Shown here: one piece after another, positions 17,379-27,141 of the stretch
How the letters are laid out: each line of letters starts with the position of its first letter
How positions within the stretch are numbered: the first letter of the stretch is position 1
From: Gemmatimonadales bacterium
Lineage (GTDB): Bacteria; Gemmatimonadota; Gemmatimonadetes; Gemmatimonadales; GWC2-71-9
Length of the DNA stretch: 64,000 bases
Direction of reading: 5' to 3'
Assembly (NCBI GenBank): GCA_041577295.1
Contig: JBFGJG010000016.1
Coordinates: 1-64,000, forward strand
Program-made: the position numbers and the translations under genes
The notes under the pieces: model-generated
Told to the model about the DNA's origin: nothing
The model's input: the letters and a program-made list of their open reading frames with translations, nothing else
The model's database searches: none

Positions 17379-19223
17379 CTACGGCACGATCACATCCTCC
17401 GGCACCGGATCCGCAAACACGGCCTCCACCAGCTTCGCACGCCGCTCGAGCACCGCGCGCTGGTTGATGTACCCCTTGTCGGTGATCTCGCCCGCATCGA
17501 TAGAGGGTGGTTCGGTGAGAACAAGGAGACGAGCAATTCTGGTGGACGTACCCGATCGCTCCTCGTTGTGACGTCGCATCCGGTCCCGGAGATAACGACG
17601 CGCGTCAATACACGAAGCCAATTCTGCGGTCCCGTTATGCCGCGTGCCGTGCGAGCATATTTGCTGGCATCCCGGAACACTGAGCCAAACCAATAGGCCT
17701 ATCGCATCACGATCCTGGCCGCACAGCACCGCATCTTGGAGCACCGGCGCTGCAGCTGCGATGATCTTGACGCGCAGCTCGCCAACGTGAACCCACGTCC
17801 CGGAGCTTAGTTTGAAATCTTCGGCGACTCGACCATCGAAGACCAGCCCCTTTTTTGGATCATTCGGATCCGCCAAGCGCCCTGCATCGCCAATCTTATA
17901 AAAACCCTCTTCGTCAAAGGCTGCCGCGGTGAGTTGCGCCTCGCCGAGGTAGCCGGGTGTGACATGTGGTCCGCGAACGCGCAGCTCCAGCTTTGTGCCT
18001 GACGGTACCAACTTGAGCTCGACGCCGGGAGCTGGCAGACCGATCACACCGGCCCGATCAACAGAAAAGTGTACGGTGGTGGACATTGGCGCAGTCTCGG
18101 TCGAGCCCCAGGCCGACGCAAGCATGATGGGTCTGCCAACCGTCGCATTCGAGAGCGTTTCGAGTCGCTGCCACAGATCCTGTGATAGAGCGGACCCGGC
18201 ATAGAAGATCATTTGGAGGCGTTCGAAGAATCGCCCTCGCAGCCGATCGTTTTGCTCGAGATGCGGGAGCAGCATCGAGAATCCAACGGGCACGTTGAAG
18301 TAGATCGTTGGTGCGATCTCCTCGAGATTGCGTACGGTGGTCTCGATTCCATCGGCGGTGGGTTTCCCCGCGTCGAGGTACAGCGTTCCGCCCTGCTTAA
18401 GCACGAGGTTGAAGTTGTGGTTGCCCCCAAAAGTGTGATTCCACGGAAGCCAGTCGACGAGCACCGGTGGCGTTTGCTTCACGAACGGCCAGCACTGCTC
18501 TACCATTTGTTGATTGGCACACAGCATACCGTGCGTATTGATCACCGCTTTGGGGATTCCCGTAGACCCGGACGTGAACAGGTACTTCGCCACGCTATCG
18601 GGCGTGAGCTGTTTGGTTCGGGACGAGAGGGCGGCGCCTGGCGGCGTCGCGAGCAGTTGGTCCAGCGAAATCACCGAACGGTGTTCGGTCTCTGAGCTGA
18701 CGACATCCACCCGCTCGAGCGGTAGTGCGTCCAATACCCTTGCAAAAGGTGCAACGGGTTGCACGAAGATCAGGCCGGGACGGATGCAATCGAAGATGCG
18801 TTTCACCTTCGTGTGGTCGCTCGTCAGGAGCGAGTATGCGGGGGAGACCGGTGCAATCGGCACGCCCGCGATGAAACACGCCAACATCATCAACGCGTGG
18901 TCTACCGAGTTTCCCGAAAGCACCATCACCGGTCGATCCCCTCCGAGCCCCAGCTCGACCAGCGCCTGGCCAATCGCTTGGGCCGCCCTCTGCGCGTCTG
19001 CGTAATTCACCAGGCGCCAGCGCTCGCCAGCTCGCTCGCCAAGGAACGGTTGATTCGGCCGCTCATGTGCCCACCGACGTAGCAACTCTCCGAGGTGACG
19101 TTCATACGGATCCAGAGTGTGCGGCGAACGCAGGACGAAGGAGCCGTCGGGTCGATTCTCGCGCACGACCTCCGCGGGCGCCAGCGCTATCTCGGTCGCT
19201 GACACCTGGGAGCGATCAGACAC
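17379..19223 (-). CDS. fcs: Feruloyl-CoA synthase family acyl-CoA ligase
   Basis: FTSGSTGIPK, DWLPWNHTFGGNHNF, YFNVP, WGSTETAP, GRVAEDFKL, GEITDKGYINQRAVL. Confidence 0.85.
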   Translation of the reverse strand: MSDRSQVSATEIALAPAEVVRENRPDGSFVLRSPHTLDPYERHLGELLRRWAHERPNQPFLGERAGERWRLVNYADAQRAAQAIGQALVELGLGGDRPVMVLSGNSVDHALMMLACFIAGVPIAPVSPAYSLLTSDHTKVKRIFDCIRPGLIFVQPVAPFARVLDALPLERVDVVSSETEHRSVISLDQLLATPPGAALSSRTKQLTPDSVAKYLFTSGSTGIPKAVINTHGMLCANQQMVEQCWPFVKQTPPVLVDWLPWNHTFGGNHNFNLVLKQGGTLYLDAGKPTADGIETTVRNLEEIAPTIYFNVPVGFSMLLPHLEQNDRLRGRFFERLQMIFYAGSALSQDLWQRLETLSNATVGRPIMLASAWGSTETAPMSTTVHFSVDRAGVIGLPAPGVELKLVPSGTKLELRVRGPHVTPGYLGEAQLTAAAFDEEGFYKIGDAGRLADPNDPKKGLVFDGRVAEDFKLSSGTWVHVGELRVKIIAAAAPVLQDAVLCGQDRDAIGLLVWLSVPGCQQICSHGTRHNGTAELASCIDARRYLRDRMRRHNEERSGTSTRIARLLVLTEPPSIDAGEITDKGYINQRAVLERRAKLVEAVFADPVPEDVIVP

Positions 19224-19336
19224 GTATGAACGGAGGGACCGGTCGCGCGTGGCGTCGGCGCTCTTGCGTTGGTCGCGAACCCATATTCCTATCTAGTTGC
19301 ATGTAGCCAAGATGCACGCCAAGCGCGGGGGAAGCC

Positions 19337-19633
19337 ATGGAGTGGGACGCTATCGGAACTTTTGCGATGTTTCTCGCTGCGGGTGCCGCCAGCATCGCCT
19401 GGACCGTCTACGCCGGGTATCGGGTCAAGATCAATTCGGAGCTCGAGCGCGAGCGTCTCAGGGCCACGTCAACGGATGCCGCGGAAGACCTCCGGCGAGA
19501 GCTTCACGACGTGATCGCTCAGCAGCAGGCGCAGCTCGACGAGCTCAACGAGCGGATCGACTTCACGGAACGGATGCTCGCCAGCGGTCGCGGAGTTGAA
19601 GAGCGAATTCCGCCTAAGTCCCAAGGAAACTAG
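19337..19633 (+). CDS. Small membrane-anchored coiled-coil protein
   Basis: N-terminal TM helix; C-terminal ELNERIDFTERML motif. Confidence 0.7.
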   Translation: MEWDAIGTFAMFLAAGAASIAWTVYAGYRVKINSELERERLRATSTDAAEDLRRELHDVIAQQQAQLDELNERIDFTERMLASGRGVEERIPPKSQGN

Positions 19634-19646
19634 ACCGCGACCACCC

Positions 19647-19782
19647 ATGCTCGAGTCCCTTCGACAAGACATAGGTTACGGGCTACGGACTCAGCGACGG
19701 TCGACGGGCAGCCCTCGCGAGCGCGCTCCCGGCGCACTGCGCGAGTCGAGTGGATGCGCAGACCGTGTTGAGGTATGAGTAG
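19647..19782 (+). pseudogene. Collapsed remnant of an ADOP/MacB-type ABC permease
   Basis: MLESLRQDIGYGLRTQRRSTG in one frame, joined to AALASALPAHCASRVDAQTVLRYE-stop in another; these are the typical first and last ~20 residues of the family. Confidence 0.7.
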
Positions 19783-19878
19783 AACGGTGGGTAATCGGGT
19801 TCGGGGGGGGTGGGCGGGAGAAACAGCGGAGGAGACAGAGAACCTCTATCCCCTCGATCCCCCGTTGTTCCTTCTAGT

Positions 19879-20289
19879 CTAGTAGAGTCTATGCACCATC
19901 ATTCGGTGAATACGCCACTTGCCATCGGCGGCACGCTGCCAAAACGCCATGTAGCGGCCTGGGTAGCTAGTGATCGGTTCACCCGGCCGGCCGCCTTGCT
20001 CGACGTAGGTCCCCCACTCATAGACTGAATCGCCGTGCACGGTAAGCTCGGTGATCTCGCCGGTGATCGCGGTGAGCATGAACTCGTCGAACATGCCGGT
20101 GGCAAATCGCTCGATGGCCTCGCGACCGCGAAACTCCTCCATACCCGGCTCGAGCAACACGGCATTTTCCGTGAACATCGATGCCAGAGCCTGGGGATCA
20201 CCCCGCATCAAGATGTCGCGGTATTCCCCCCAACGCTGCGTGATAGCGTCTGCCACGGCGGACGCGTAGGACGTGCTCGCTTTGTTCAT
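19879..20289 (-). CDS. NTF2-like / DUF4440 (YybH-like) protein
   Basis: ALASMFTENAVLL, GREAI, GRYMAFWQRAADGKWRI. Confidence 0.8.
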   Translation of the reverse strand: MNKASTSYASAVADAITQRWGEYRDILMRGDPQALASMFTENAVLLEPGMEEFRGREAIERFATGMFDEFMLTAITGEITELTVHGDSVYEWGTYVEQGGRPGEPITSYPGRYMAFWQRAADGKWRIHRMMVHRLY

Positions 20290-20366
20290 TTCTCCTCACC
20301 CGCAAGCGGGGAACCAAAGCGTCGCAGCGCTCAGCCACGGTCAACATCCCACGCAGCCTGTCTGTC

Positions 20367-21992
20367 CTACCGCGTCTGAGCGTAGGCCTGCACGTACGCT
20401 TTGGCCACCGCAAGCTCCGGTCGATCGCCGTTGCCATCCTCCATGAGGGCCAGGAAGCGCCGATAGCCATCGGCCGCTTCCTCATGGTCCCCTGCCAGCT
20501 GCGCGGCCCACGCGGCACCAAAGACACTGCGTGCACGGTTGGGCTGCTGCTCCAGCACTACCTGGTAGGCCACGCGGGCATCGTCGTACCGCCCCACCTC
20601 CACGAGGAGATCACCGAGGAGCTCTCGCGCCGAAGCGATGGGACCGGGAACCTCTGGATCGGTCTCGACCCCATCCTCTCGATCCGCAGCTTCCGCCGCG
20701 AGGAGCAAGGCATTGGTGGTGTCTCCCTCCGCGAGCGCCACCCAGGCGGAGACGGCCAAGCGGCGCGCTTGCGTGATGCGACGCCAATCTCCGTTCTCCG
20801 GGAGGGAACGTTCGACCGCGAGGAGCTGCTCGAATTCGGTTCGTGTGACCTCGACGTCACCGGTCCGCGCGGCACCGAGGGCTCGGGCAAAGTGCGTCAT
20901 CGCCTCTGCCGGACCGGTTGCATCGGAAGTTGGGGGCGGTAAGACCGCCGCGAGGGCCCAATCCCGTCGTTCGAGGGCATACCGCACGGGGATTGCCGCG
21001 AGGGCATACCGGTCGATCCCCGTGAGCACGGACTGGGCGTCCGATGTCGACTGACTCGAAGTCAGCGATTTCTTGGCAATGGACCGTGCTTCTTCGTCAT
21101 CCCCATACTGGAGATAGGCATAGACGAGGAAGTCCTTGGCATGTACGGAGTCCTTCGAATGCACCGCCACGTCGAGTGCCGCAAGGTTGGCTTGCACCAC
21201 CTCGTTCCACTTGCCGACCCGACGGTAAAGATGCGAAGGAAGATGCTGTGCGGTGAACGCGCCCGATGCGATGGTCGCGAACTGGCGCGCTGCTTCCACG
21301 CCGAGTGATGCGAGCTCCGGATGATCGTAAACCCGCGTGAGGTAGTGCACGATCCCCGGATGCTCAGGATGTTCCGCATGAAGGCTTTGCAACGCTGTTC
21401 CAATGACTCGCCGTCGCTCCAGCGTCGAGTCGCCGAACGACGCGTTCGCAGATGCGGCCTGCAGCCACAGCACCTGAGCCTCGAGATCGCCGGGATACCG
21501 CTGCGCCAAGTCCCGCATCTTGACCTCGTACGTCAAGGCACGGGTTTGGTGGTCCAGCTTGTCAAAGTCCCGGAAGAATGCGATGAGGGCATCGAGGTAA
21601 TCACGTTCGCGAGACGTGCCAGAGCTGCGGTTGATCTCCTCCGCTAGCAAACTCCACCCAGCTTGCAGGCTCGAGTCCGACGAGACTCCGACATACGGAT
21701 CGGCACGCAGCACCATGGCGCGACCCCAGGCAGCGATCAGGCACGTGGAATCACGATCCGCGACCTGCACGAACGCGCTGTCGGCAACGGCGAACTGAAA
21801 CGTGTGGAGTGCCGCGACACCCTGCTCCAACAGGGGTTGGGCGTCCGGCGCGCATGAGGTCGAAAAGACGACTCGAGGGGCGAAATGCGAACTCTGAAGA
21901 CTGCTTTCTTCGCTCTGCGCTGCGAGCGAGCCGATCATCAGCGGAATGGCGAGAGCAAGCGAAACCGCTGAACGCGTGACAGGCGACACCAT
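20367..21992 (-). CDS. Secreted TPR-like alpha-helical protein
   Basis: Signal peptide, FSTSC, GVAALH, HPGIVHY, HLPSH, ARELLGDLL, PNRARS. Confidence 0.7.
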   Translation of the reverse strand: MVSPVTRSAVSLALAIPLMIGSLAAQSEESSLQSSHFAPRVVFSTSCAPDAQPLLEQGVAALHTFQFAVADSAFVQVADRDSTCLIAAWGRAMVLRADPYVGVSSDSSLQAGWSLLAEEINRSSGTSRERDYLDALIAFFRDFDKLDHQTRALTYEVKMRDLAQRYPGDLEAQVLWLQAASANASFGDSTLERRRVIGTALQSLHAEHPEHPGIVHYLTRVYDHPELASLGVEAARQFATIASGAFTAQHLPSHLYRRVGKWNEVVQANLAALDVAVHSKDSVHAKDFLVYAYLQYGDDEEARSIAKKSLTSSQSTSDAQSVLTGIDRYALAAIPVRYALERRDWALAAVLPPPTSDATGPAEAMTHFARALGAARTGDVEVTRTEFEQLLAVERSLPENGDWRRITQARRLAVSAWVALAEGDTTNALLLAAEAADREDGVETDPEVPGPIASARELLGDLLVEVGRYDDARVAYQVVLEQQPNRARSVFGAAWAAQLAGDHEEAADGYRRFLALMEDGNGDRPELAVAKAYVQAYAQTR

Positions 21993-22241
21993 GGTCTCCT
22001 CCGAGAGCAAGGGACGAGCTAGTCGGGCTGGGTGGGGCGCGGAGATGACACGGGCGCAAATCGTCACGATTTCAGTAACTAACGGGCAACCGGCCGGTTC
22101 GGCGGTGACCGGGATCACATAGGATGGAAGCATGAAAGGAACGAAGTTGAGGAGATTGAAGGGTGTAGGACGCTCAGACGTCGCGCAACGGCGTCCGATC
22201 GCCATCGGACCTCCAGCTTTCCGGCCTTCCGTCCATTCGCC

Positions 22242-23564
22242 CTACCGTCCGATGATCAGCGGAAGCGCTTGGCGCGCACTCAAGAAGAGAACCACAGCTA
22301 AGGCAACCGGTATCACCGTCCGCAGGAGCCAGAGCCAGCCATCGATGAGGCGGGAGTTGGGGAGTCCTTGCGCGAGCTCCTGACGAGCACCCGCAGACCA
22401 GATCCACCCGGTGAGCACCGCGATTAGCAGCCCACCCAGGATCAACAGGACCTCTCCGACCACCTTGTCGACCAGCGCGAGCCAGTTGGAGTTGAGGGCG
22501 CCGGGGATACCACCGAGCGCGATGGCGAAGCCAGCCACGAGGGTGGTCCGGCGCCTGGGCCATTGCCAGGCATCGATGATGCCCGCCACTACCACCTCCA
22601 GCATGATGGTGGCCGACGTGAGGGCGGCGATGAACAGCGCGAAGAAGAACACGACAGCCACCACCGTACCGCCAGTTTCCAGCGCGTTGAAGGCAGCAGG
22701 AAGCGTGATGAACAACGCCCCAATCGGGCTGGCGCCCACCTGGCTCTCGACACCCAGATGGTAGATGAGCGGGAACGTCACCAGTCCACCGATGATCGCA
22801 ACGGCGGTGTCCGCCAAGGCAACCCCGGTGGCCTGACCGGCGAGATTCGTCTGGCGCTGTTCCATGTACGAGGCGAGGGTGATGAGCCCACCCATGCCGA
22901 GCGAGAGTGAGAAGAACGCCTGGCCGGCGGCGGCCGCGATGACGTCCGGATGCAGCATCTCGCGGAAGTCGGGTTTGAGATAGTACGCGTATCCCGCAGA
23001 AGCGCCCGAGAGGGTGGCCGCCCACCCGGCAAGCGCAATCAACAAGATCAGCAACGTTGGCATGAGGATCCGTGCTGCCCGCTCGATTCCACCCCGAATT
23101 CCTGCGAACACGACGGCCATGGTGCATGCCATGCTGAAGAAGTGGAACGGCAAGGCGGCCGGTCCGGTGCTAATCTCGCCGAAGTAGGCCGCGGTATCGT
23201 TGGGAATCGCTCCGCGAAGCGAATCGAGGAACAGACGCGCCGTCCACCCCATGATGATGGAATACGCGGATAGCACGAAGAATCCGATCCCTACGAACAT
23301 CCAACCGACGCCACTCCAGCGCCGTCCCCCGAGTGCGGCCAGGGCCCGCGTCGGACTGAGACGTGTGTGACGTCCGATGCTCAGTTCGGCTGTCAGCAGC
23401 GGGATGCCCACCAAGAGCACGAACGTCACATATAACAGCACAAACGCCGCGCCACCTCCGCGCGACGCGGTGTACGAGAAGCGCCAGAGGTTTCCGAGCC
23501 CTACCGCGGTGCCGACGGCAGCGAGAAAGAACCCGGTGGTGCTACGCCACGACTCTCGTGGCAG
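22242..23564 (-). CDS. Sodium-dependent neurotransmitter symporter (NSS/SNF) family transporter, probable CTG start
   Basis: Conserved N-terminus RESWRSTTGFFLAAVGTAVGLGNLWRF lies in frame upstream of the called ORF; GQAFFSLSLG, AALTS. Confidence 0.85.
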   Translation of the reverse strand: MPRESWRSTTGFFLAAVGTAVGLGNLWRFSYTASRGGGAAFVLLYVTFVLLVGIPLLTAELSIGRHTRLSPTRALAALGGRRWSGVGWMFVGIGFFVLSAYSIIMGWTARLFLDSLRGAIPNDTAAYFGEISTGPAALPFHFFSMACTMAVVFAGIRGGIERAARILMPTLLILLIALAGWAATLSGASAGYAYYLKPDFREMLHPDVIAAAAGQAFFSLSLGMGGLITLASYMEQRQTNLAGQATGVALADTAVAIIGGLVTFPLIYHLGVESQVGASPIGALFITLPAAFNALETGGTVVAVVFFFALFIAALTSATIMLEVVVAGIIDAWQWPRRRTTLVAGFAIALGGIPGALNSNWLALVDKVVGEVLLILGGLLIAVLTGWIWSAGARQELAQGLPNSRLIDGWLWLLRTVIPVALAVVLFLSARQALPLIIGR

Positions 23565-23567
23565 TCG

Positions 23568-24080
23568 TCACCCAGCCTTGATTTTTTTGGTGAGAGCCGG
23601 CTCGAGACCCATGAGCCGGGCGTAGAGTGCCAGCTGACCGCGGTGATACATCTCCTGTGCGATGCCGTGATGCAACCACTGAATCTTCGTCCCCTGCTTT
23701 CCGTCAAAACGCTCCATGAACTGATACAGCGCCAACTCACCGGTGCGACGGAATGCGCGCGCTGCATCGAGGATCTGAGACCTCAACAGCGTCACCAGTT
23801 CCTCTTTTGTATTCGCATCGTACGCCGCTGTGGAATACATCTTGACGAGCCTCGGAAAGGAAACCCGCCGCAGGTCGGTGTCCGAACGTGCCAACTCACC
23901 CGTCATCATCATGGACACTTCGAGGATGTGCTGTACCAGTTCCCGAACCGTCCGACTTTCGGGTGTGGGACGGAAGTCGAACTTGTCCGCTGGAATGTTC
24001 TCGACCTCAGCTATGATTCCATCGCGGGCATCCCGCCACGCCTCGAGGGTCTCTTCTAGGTAGGACGGACTCGCTGCCAT
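23568..24080 (-). CDS. DinB family protein
   Basis: FDFRPTPESRTVRELVQHI, QEMYHRGQLALYARLMGLEP. Confidence 0.85.
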   Translation of the reverse strand: MAASPSYLEETLEAWRDARDGIIAEVENIPADKFDFRPTPESRTVRELVQHILEVSMMMTGELARSDTDLRRVSFPRLVKMYSTAAYDANTKEELVTLLRSQILDAARAFRRTGELALYQFMERFDGKQGTKIQWLHHGIAQEMYHRGQLALYARLMGLEPALTKKIKAG

Positions 24081-24088
24081 ACGGGCTC

Positions 24089-24433
24089 CTACGCTTTCTT
24101 TCGTTTCTTGATTGTCCCCGCCACCCCCGCGGCGCTGCCGGCGAGTACCGTCGGGAATACCACTGCCAGCAGCAGCACACCCCAGCCGGGGAGCGAGACA
24201 GTGGCCCCGAGCGTGTTGGCAACTCCTAAGACCGGACCTTGAACCGCTGCCCATCCCAGCAACACGACCCAACTCAAGCCGGCAGCGGCCGCAATGGTGG
24301 TGACTGGCCAAGTCTCCCGAGCAGCGACCACACCCCACAGCGCCCCGACGAGGGGGACGGCCCACCAACCCAGACCGACCGTCGCGGCCCCAACGGCAAT
24401 CGCGAGAACGCCAACCCGGACGAGGCCCTTCAC
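24089..24433 (-). CDS. Small hypothetical membrane protein
   Basis: About 4 hydrophobic segments (LGWWAVP); GTGA overlap with the acylase gene. Confidence 0.7.
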   Translation of the reverse strand: MKGLVRVGVLAIAVGAATVGLGWWAVPLVGALWGVVAARETWPVTTIAAAAGLSWVVLLGWAAVQGPVLGVANTLGATVSLPGWGVLLLAVVFPTVLAGSAAGVAGTIKKRKKA

Positions 24434-26958
24434 GGTTGGTCTTCCTCGGCAACGAGGATCAATACGCCGGCGGTGCGCTGGTCCTCGAGCTCACCTGGCT
24501 GTCGGGGCAAGAGGACAGGTTCGAGTTGCCCTGAGACCCAATGCTCGATCCGATCCCGGTAACGGCTACTCACGGGATTCCCAGACTGCCCACCTGGATA
24601 GATCGTCCAGGCACGCACTTCCGGCCGTAGCTCGACCACCATGCGCCAACTGGCACCGAAGCGACCGGAGCCCGAGGAGGGGTTCAGCGTCCCGGGGCCT
24701 CCCTGAATCGGCATGTTCAACGCGGAGAGCGCAGGTATGCGCAGCAGGTGATAGATGTTCACATGGCGGATGCGATCCCATCTCCAGCCGCCGTCTTCTG
24801 GTGCACCGTGCTCGTCCTTGGCGCGCCGTAGCGCCGCCTTGAGGCTGGCGTTGAGCATCCCATCCCGATCCTCGCGCACGCCGGGCGTCCGGCGATCGTC
24901 CCACCAGCGGCTGGTGGAGTCGTTTAATAACGTGGCGAGCACTGCCGAGCTGGGAGTGCGGATTCGATTCCGCGCAACGACGGAATCTGATTCCGACGGC
25001 AACGCCAACTCGTCCCACACCCGATCGACCAACTCCTCCATGGCCATCTCGAACAGCACAGCTCGTTCGTTCTCCATGGTGTATCGCCGGTCCCATTGTG
25101 CCAGCAGCTGCGCAGCCTCGCGCAACTCGTCGTCCCCCTGTACTTGCGAGAGGGAGTGCTCGGCAGCCTGGAGAAACGCCGGTACGAATCGGTCGGCGCG
25201 AGCGCTGCCGGGATCGAGCTGAAACCGTTGCATGTCATCAGGCGTCACCGACGAATCGGCTCGCAACAACTGGTTGATACGCAACGCCCGCCAAGGCGAT
25301 GGCCAGTTTGCGCCGTAATACGTCGTATCGACCGCAGGGTCTACCGGCTCCTGATTCGCCGACGCGAGGAACCCCTGCGGCGGGTCGATCGCTGTGGGAA
25401 GGCGATCGGTGGCTAAATAACCAAGCCACTCGTTCGCGGAGCGACTGCCGTCGAAGATACGATCACCTCGACCGTCGTTGGGCCGGACGGGGAAGCGACC
25501 TGTCGGGCGGATCGCGATCGAACCGGTCCAGTCCGCCACCAGCATGTTCTGTGGGGGCGCGACGTAGGACTCCATGGCCATAAGCCACTCGGCGACGCTC
25601 GACGCGCGCGCCGCCTCAGCGAACGCCTGGATCTCACCGGCGTCTTCCAGGACGGTCCACCTCAGGGAGTGAGCTTGCCCGTTTTCACGGAGCAGAGGAC
25701 CGCGATGGGTGAAGTAGATGGTATCCGTGGCGAGCAGCTCACCGTTGGTGTCTCTGAACTCTTCAATCCGGCGCGTCAACGGCTGCCAGACACCGTCTAC
25801 GGTGTACGAGGTCGGCTTGTCGGGATCGTCCAGCGTTTCGGCATAGAGGTCAACGACGTCCGCCTCGGTGTTCGTGAAGCTCCACGCGACGCGTCGATTG
25901 AAACCGATCACCACCCCAGGGATGCCCGGGATAGTGACGCCATACACATCGATCTCGCCGGGCACGACCATATGAATCTCGTACCAGATCGACGGGAGGG
26001 TGAGTTCCAAGTGCGGATCGCCCGCCAAGATCGCGAATCCCGCCTCCGTGCGTGCGGCACTGACAGCCCAGTTGTTGCTGCCGATAATCGGGTCGTCATG
26101 TTCCGTGGCGGGTTCATCCCACCGTGGCCAACCCTCTGGAACATCCCTTGCGCCCGCACCAACCACCGTGTTCCCACCAGAAGCTGCCACGGTCGCGGGA
26201 CGCACGAGTTCAGGTGCGGTAGGTGCACCGACGGTTGGCGGAGGTGGCACGATCGGCTCGGATATGGGACTGTGCAATCCAAAGAGCTCTTCGAGGCCGT
26301 CGGCACCGATCATCGCCTCGATGCGGTCTCGTCGGCGCTCGCCGAGGAAGAGGGTCAGGGTATATCCCATACGCTTGATGAGGTACAGCGCGTGCTGCGG
26401 CTCCCAATGCATCGGTTGTACCCCGAGCAACCGGTATTCAAATGGTGGGTTCTGTCTCGCCTCGCCGTCGATCCACGCGTTGACGCCATCGGCAAAGGCC
26501 CCGAGGGAACGAGCCGTCCGAGCGTTGGGGTCGAGTTCGCCCCACTGTCGCTCGGCAGACCACGCCAACCCGTAACGGCGTTGCTCGCGATCGAACTCGA
26601 GCGTCCGCGGCCCCAGGAGTTCGGACAACGTTCCGGCGGTTACGCGGGTTTGGAGCTCGAGCTGGAACAACCGGTCGCGTGCTACGACGTACCCCAGCGC
26701 GCGAGTAGCATCGTCCACCGAGCTGGCAAAGATGTGTGGGACACCACGATCGTCGTACGCCACCCGCACCTGACCGGTGAGACCGGGAATTCTCGCGGTG
26801 GATTCGCGGGGCAACTCCGCCTGGATGGCGACCCCCCAAATCCCATCCGTTGGATGCAGCAGCCCGCCCAACGCCGGAACGGACCCCACAGACCACTGCC
26901 CGACGTACAGGGTCCCGACGAGGATGAGGGCGGAGAGGGTGAAGCGAAGCTGACGCAT
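24430..26958 (-). CDS. Penicillin acylase family Ntn-hydrolase
   Basis: DDRGVPHIFA, ARDRLFQ, spacer then G|SNNWAV, GDPHL, ANQEP, GASWR, YPGGQSGNP. Confidence 0.92.
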   Translation of the reverse strand: MRQLRFTLSALILVGTLYVGQWSVGSVPALGGLLHPTDGIWGVAIQAELPRESTARIPGLTGQVRVAYDDRGVPHIFASSVDDATRALGYVVARDRLFQLELQTRVTAGTLSELLGPRTLEFDREQRRYGLAWSAERQWGELDPNARTARSLGAFADGVNAWIDGEARQNPPFEYRLLGVQPMHWEPQHALYLIKRMGYTLTLFLGERRRDRIEAMIGADGLEELFGLHSPISEPIVPPPPTVGAPTAPELVRPATVAASGGNTVVGAGARDVPEGWPRWDEPATEHDDPIIGSNNWAVSAARTEAGFAILAGDPHLELTLPSIWYEIHMVVPGEIDVYGVTIPGIPGVVIGFNRRVAWSFTNTEADVVDLYAETLDDPDKPTSYTVDGVWQPLTRRIEEFRDTNGELLATDTIYFTHRGPLLRENGQAHSLRWTVLEDAGEIQAFAEAARASSVAEWLMAMESYVAPPQNMLVADWTGSIAIRPTGRFPVRPNDGRGDRIFDGSRSANEWLGYLATDRLPTAIDPPQGFLASANQEPVDPAVDTTYYGANWPSPWRALRINQLLRADSSVTPDDMQRFQLDPGSARADRFVPAFLQAAEHSLSQVQGDDELREAAQLLAQWDRRYTMENERAVLFEMAMEELVDRVWDELALPSESDSVVARNRIRTPSSAVLATLLNDSTSRWWDDRRTPGVREDRDGMLNASLKAALRRAKDEHGAPEDGGWRWDRIRHVNIYHLLRIPALSALNMPIQGGPGTLNPSSGSGRFGASWRMVVELRPEVRAWTIYPGGQSGNPVSSRYRDRIEHWVSGQLEPVLLPRQPGELEDQRTAGVLILVAEEDQP

Positions 26959-27061
26959 TTTCGTTGACGGGTCCAGGCATCACGGGTTGGTGACGTGTTC
27001 GGATGAGGAATCAACGATAACACCGAGTGGCGGGCGAAGTCACCTCCGTATGCGGGTCCTC

Positions 27062-27091
27062 TTGAACCCTCATGTCCTCGGCAACTACTAT
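27062..27091 (+). promoter_or_regulatory. Possible sigma-70 promoter
   Basis: TTGAAC-N18-TACTAT, 50 nt upstream of the ATPase ATG. Confidence 0.35.
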
Positions 27092-27141
27092 CACCGCGGC
27101 GGGTGGATTCCGGGATTCTCATCGAACGACGGAGTGATACT

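Noticed and set aside
26075..26250. Pro-rich low-complexity stretch in the acylase as an insertion or intein
   Set aside because: It is the expected spacer peptide before the catalytic Ser (G|SNNW).
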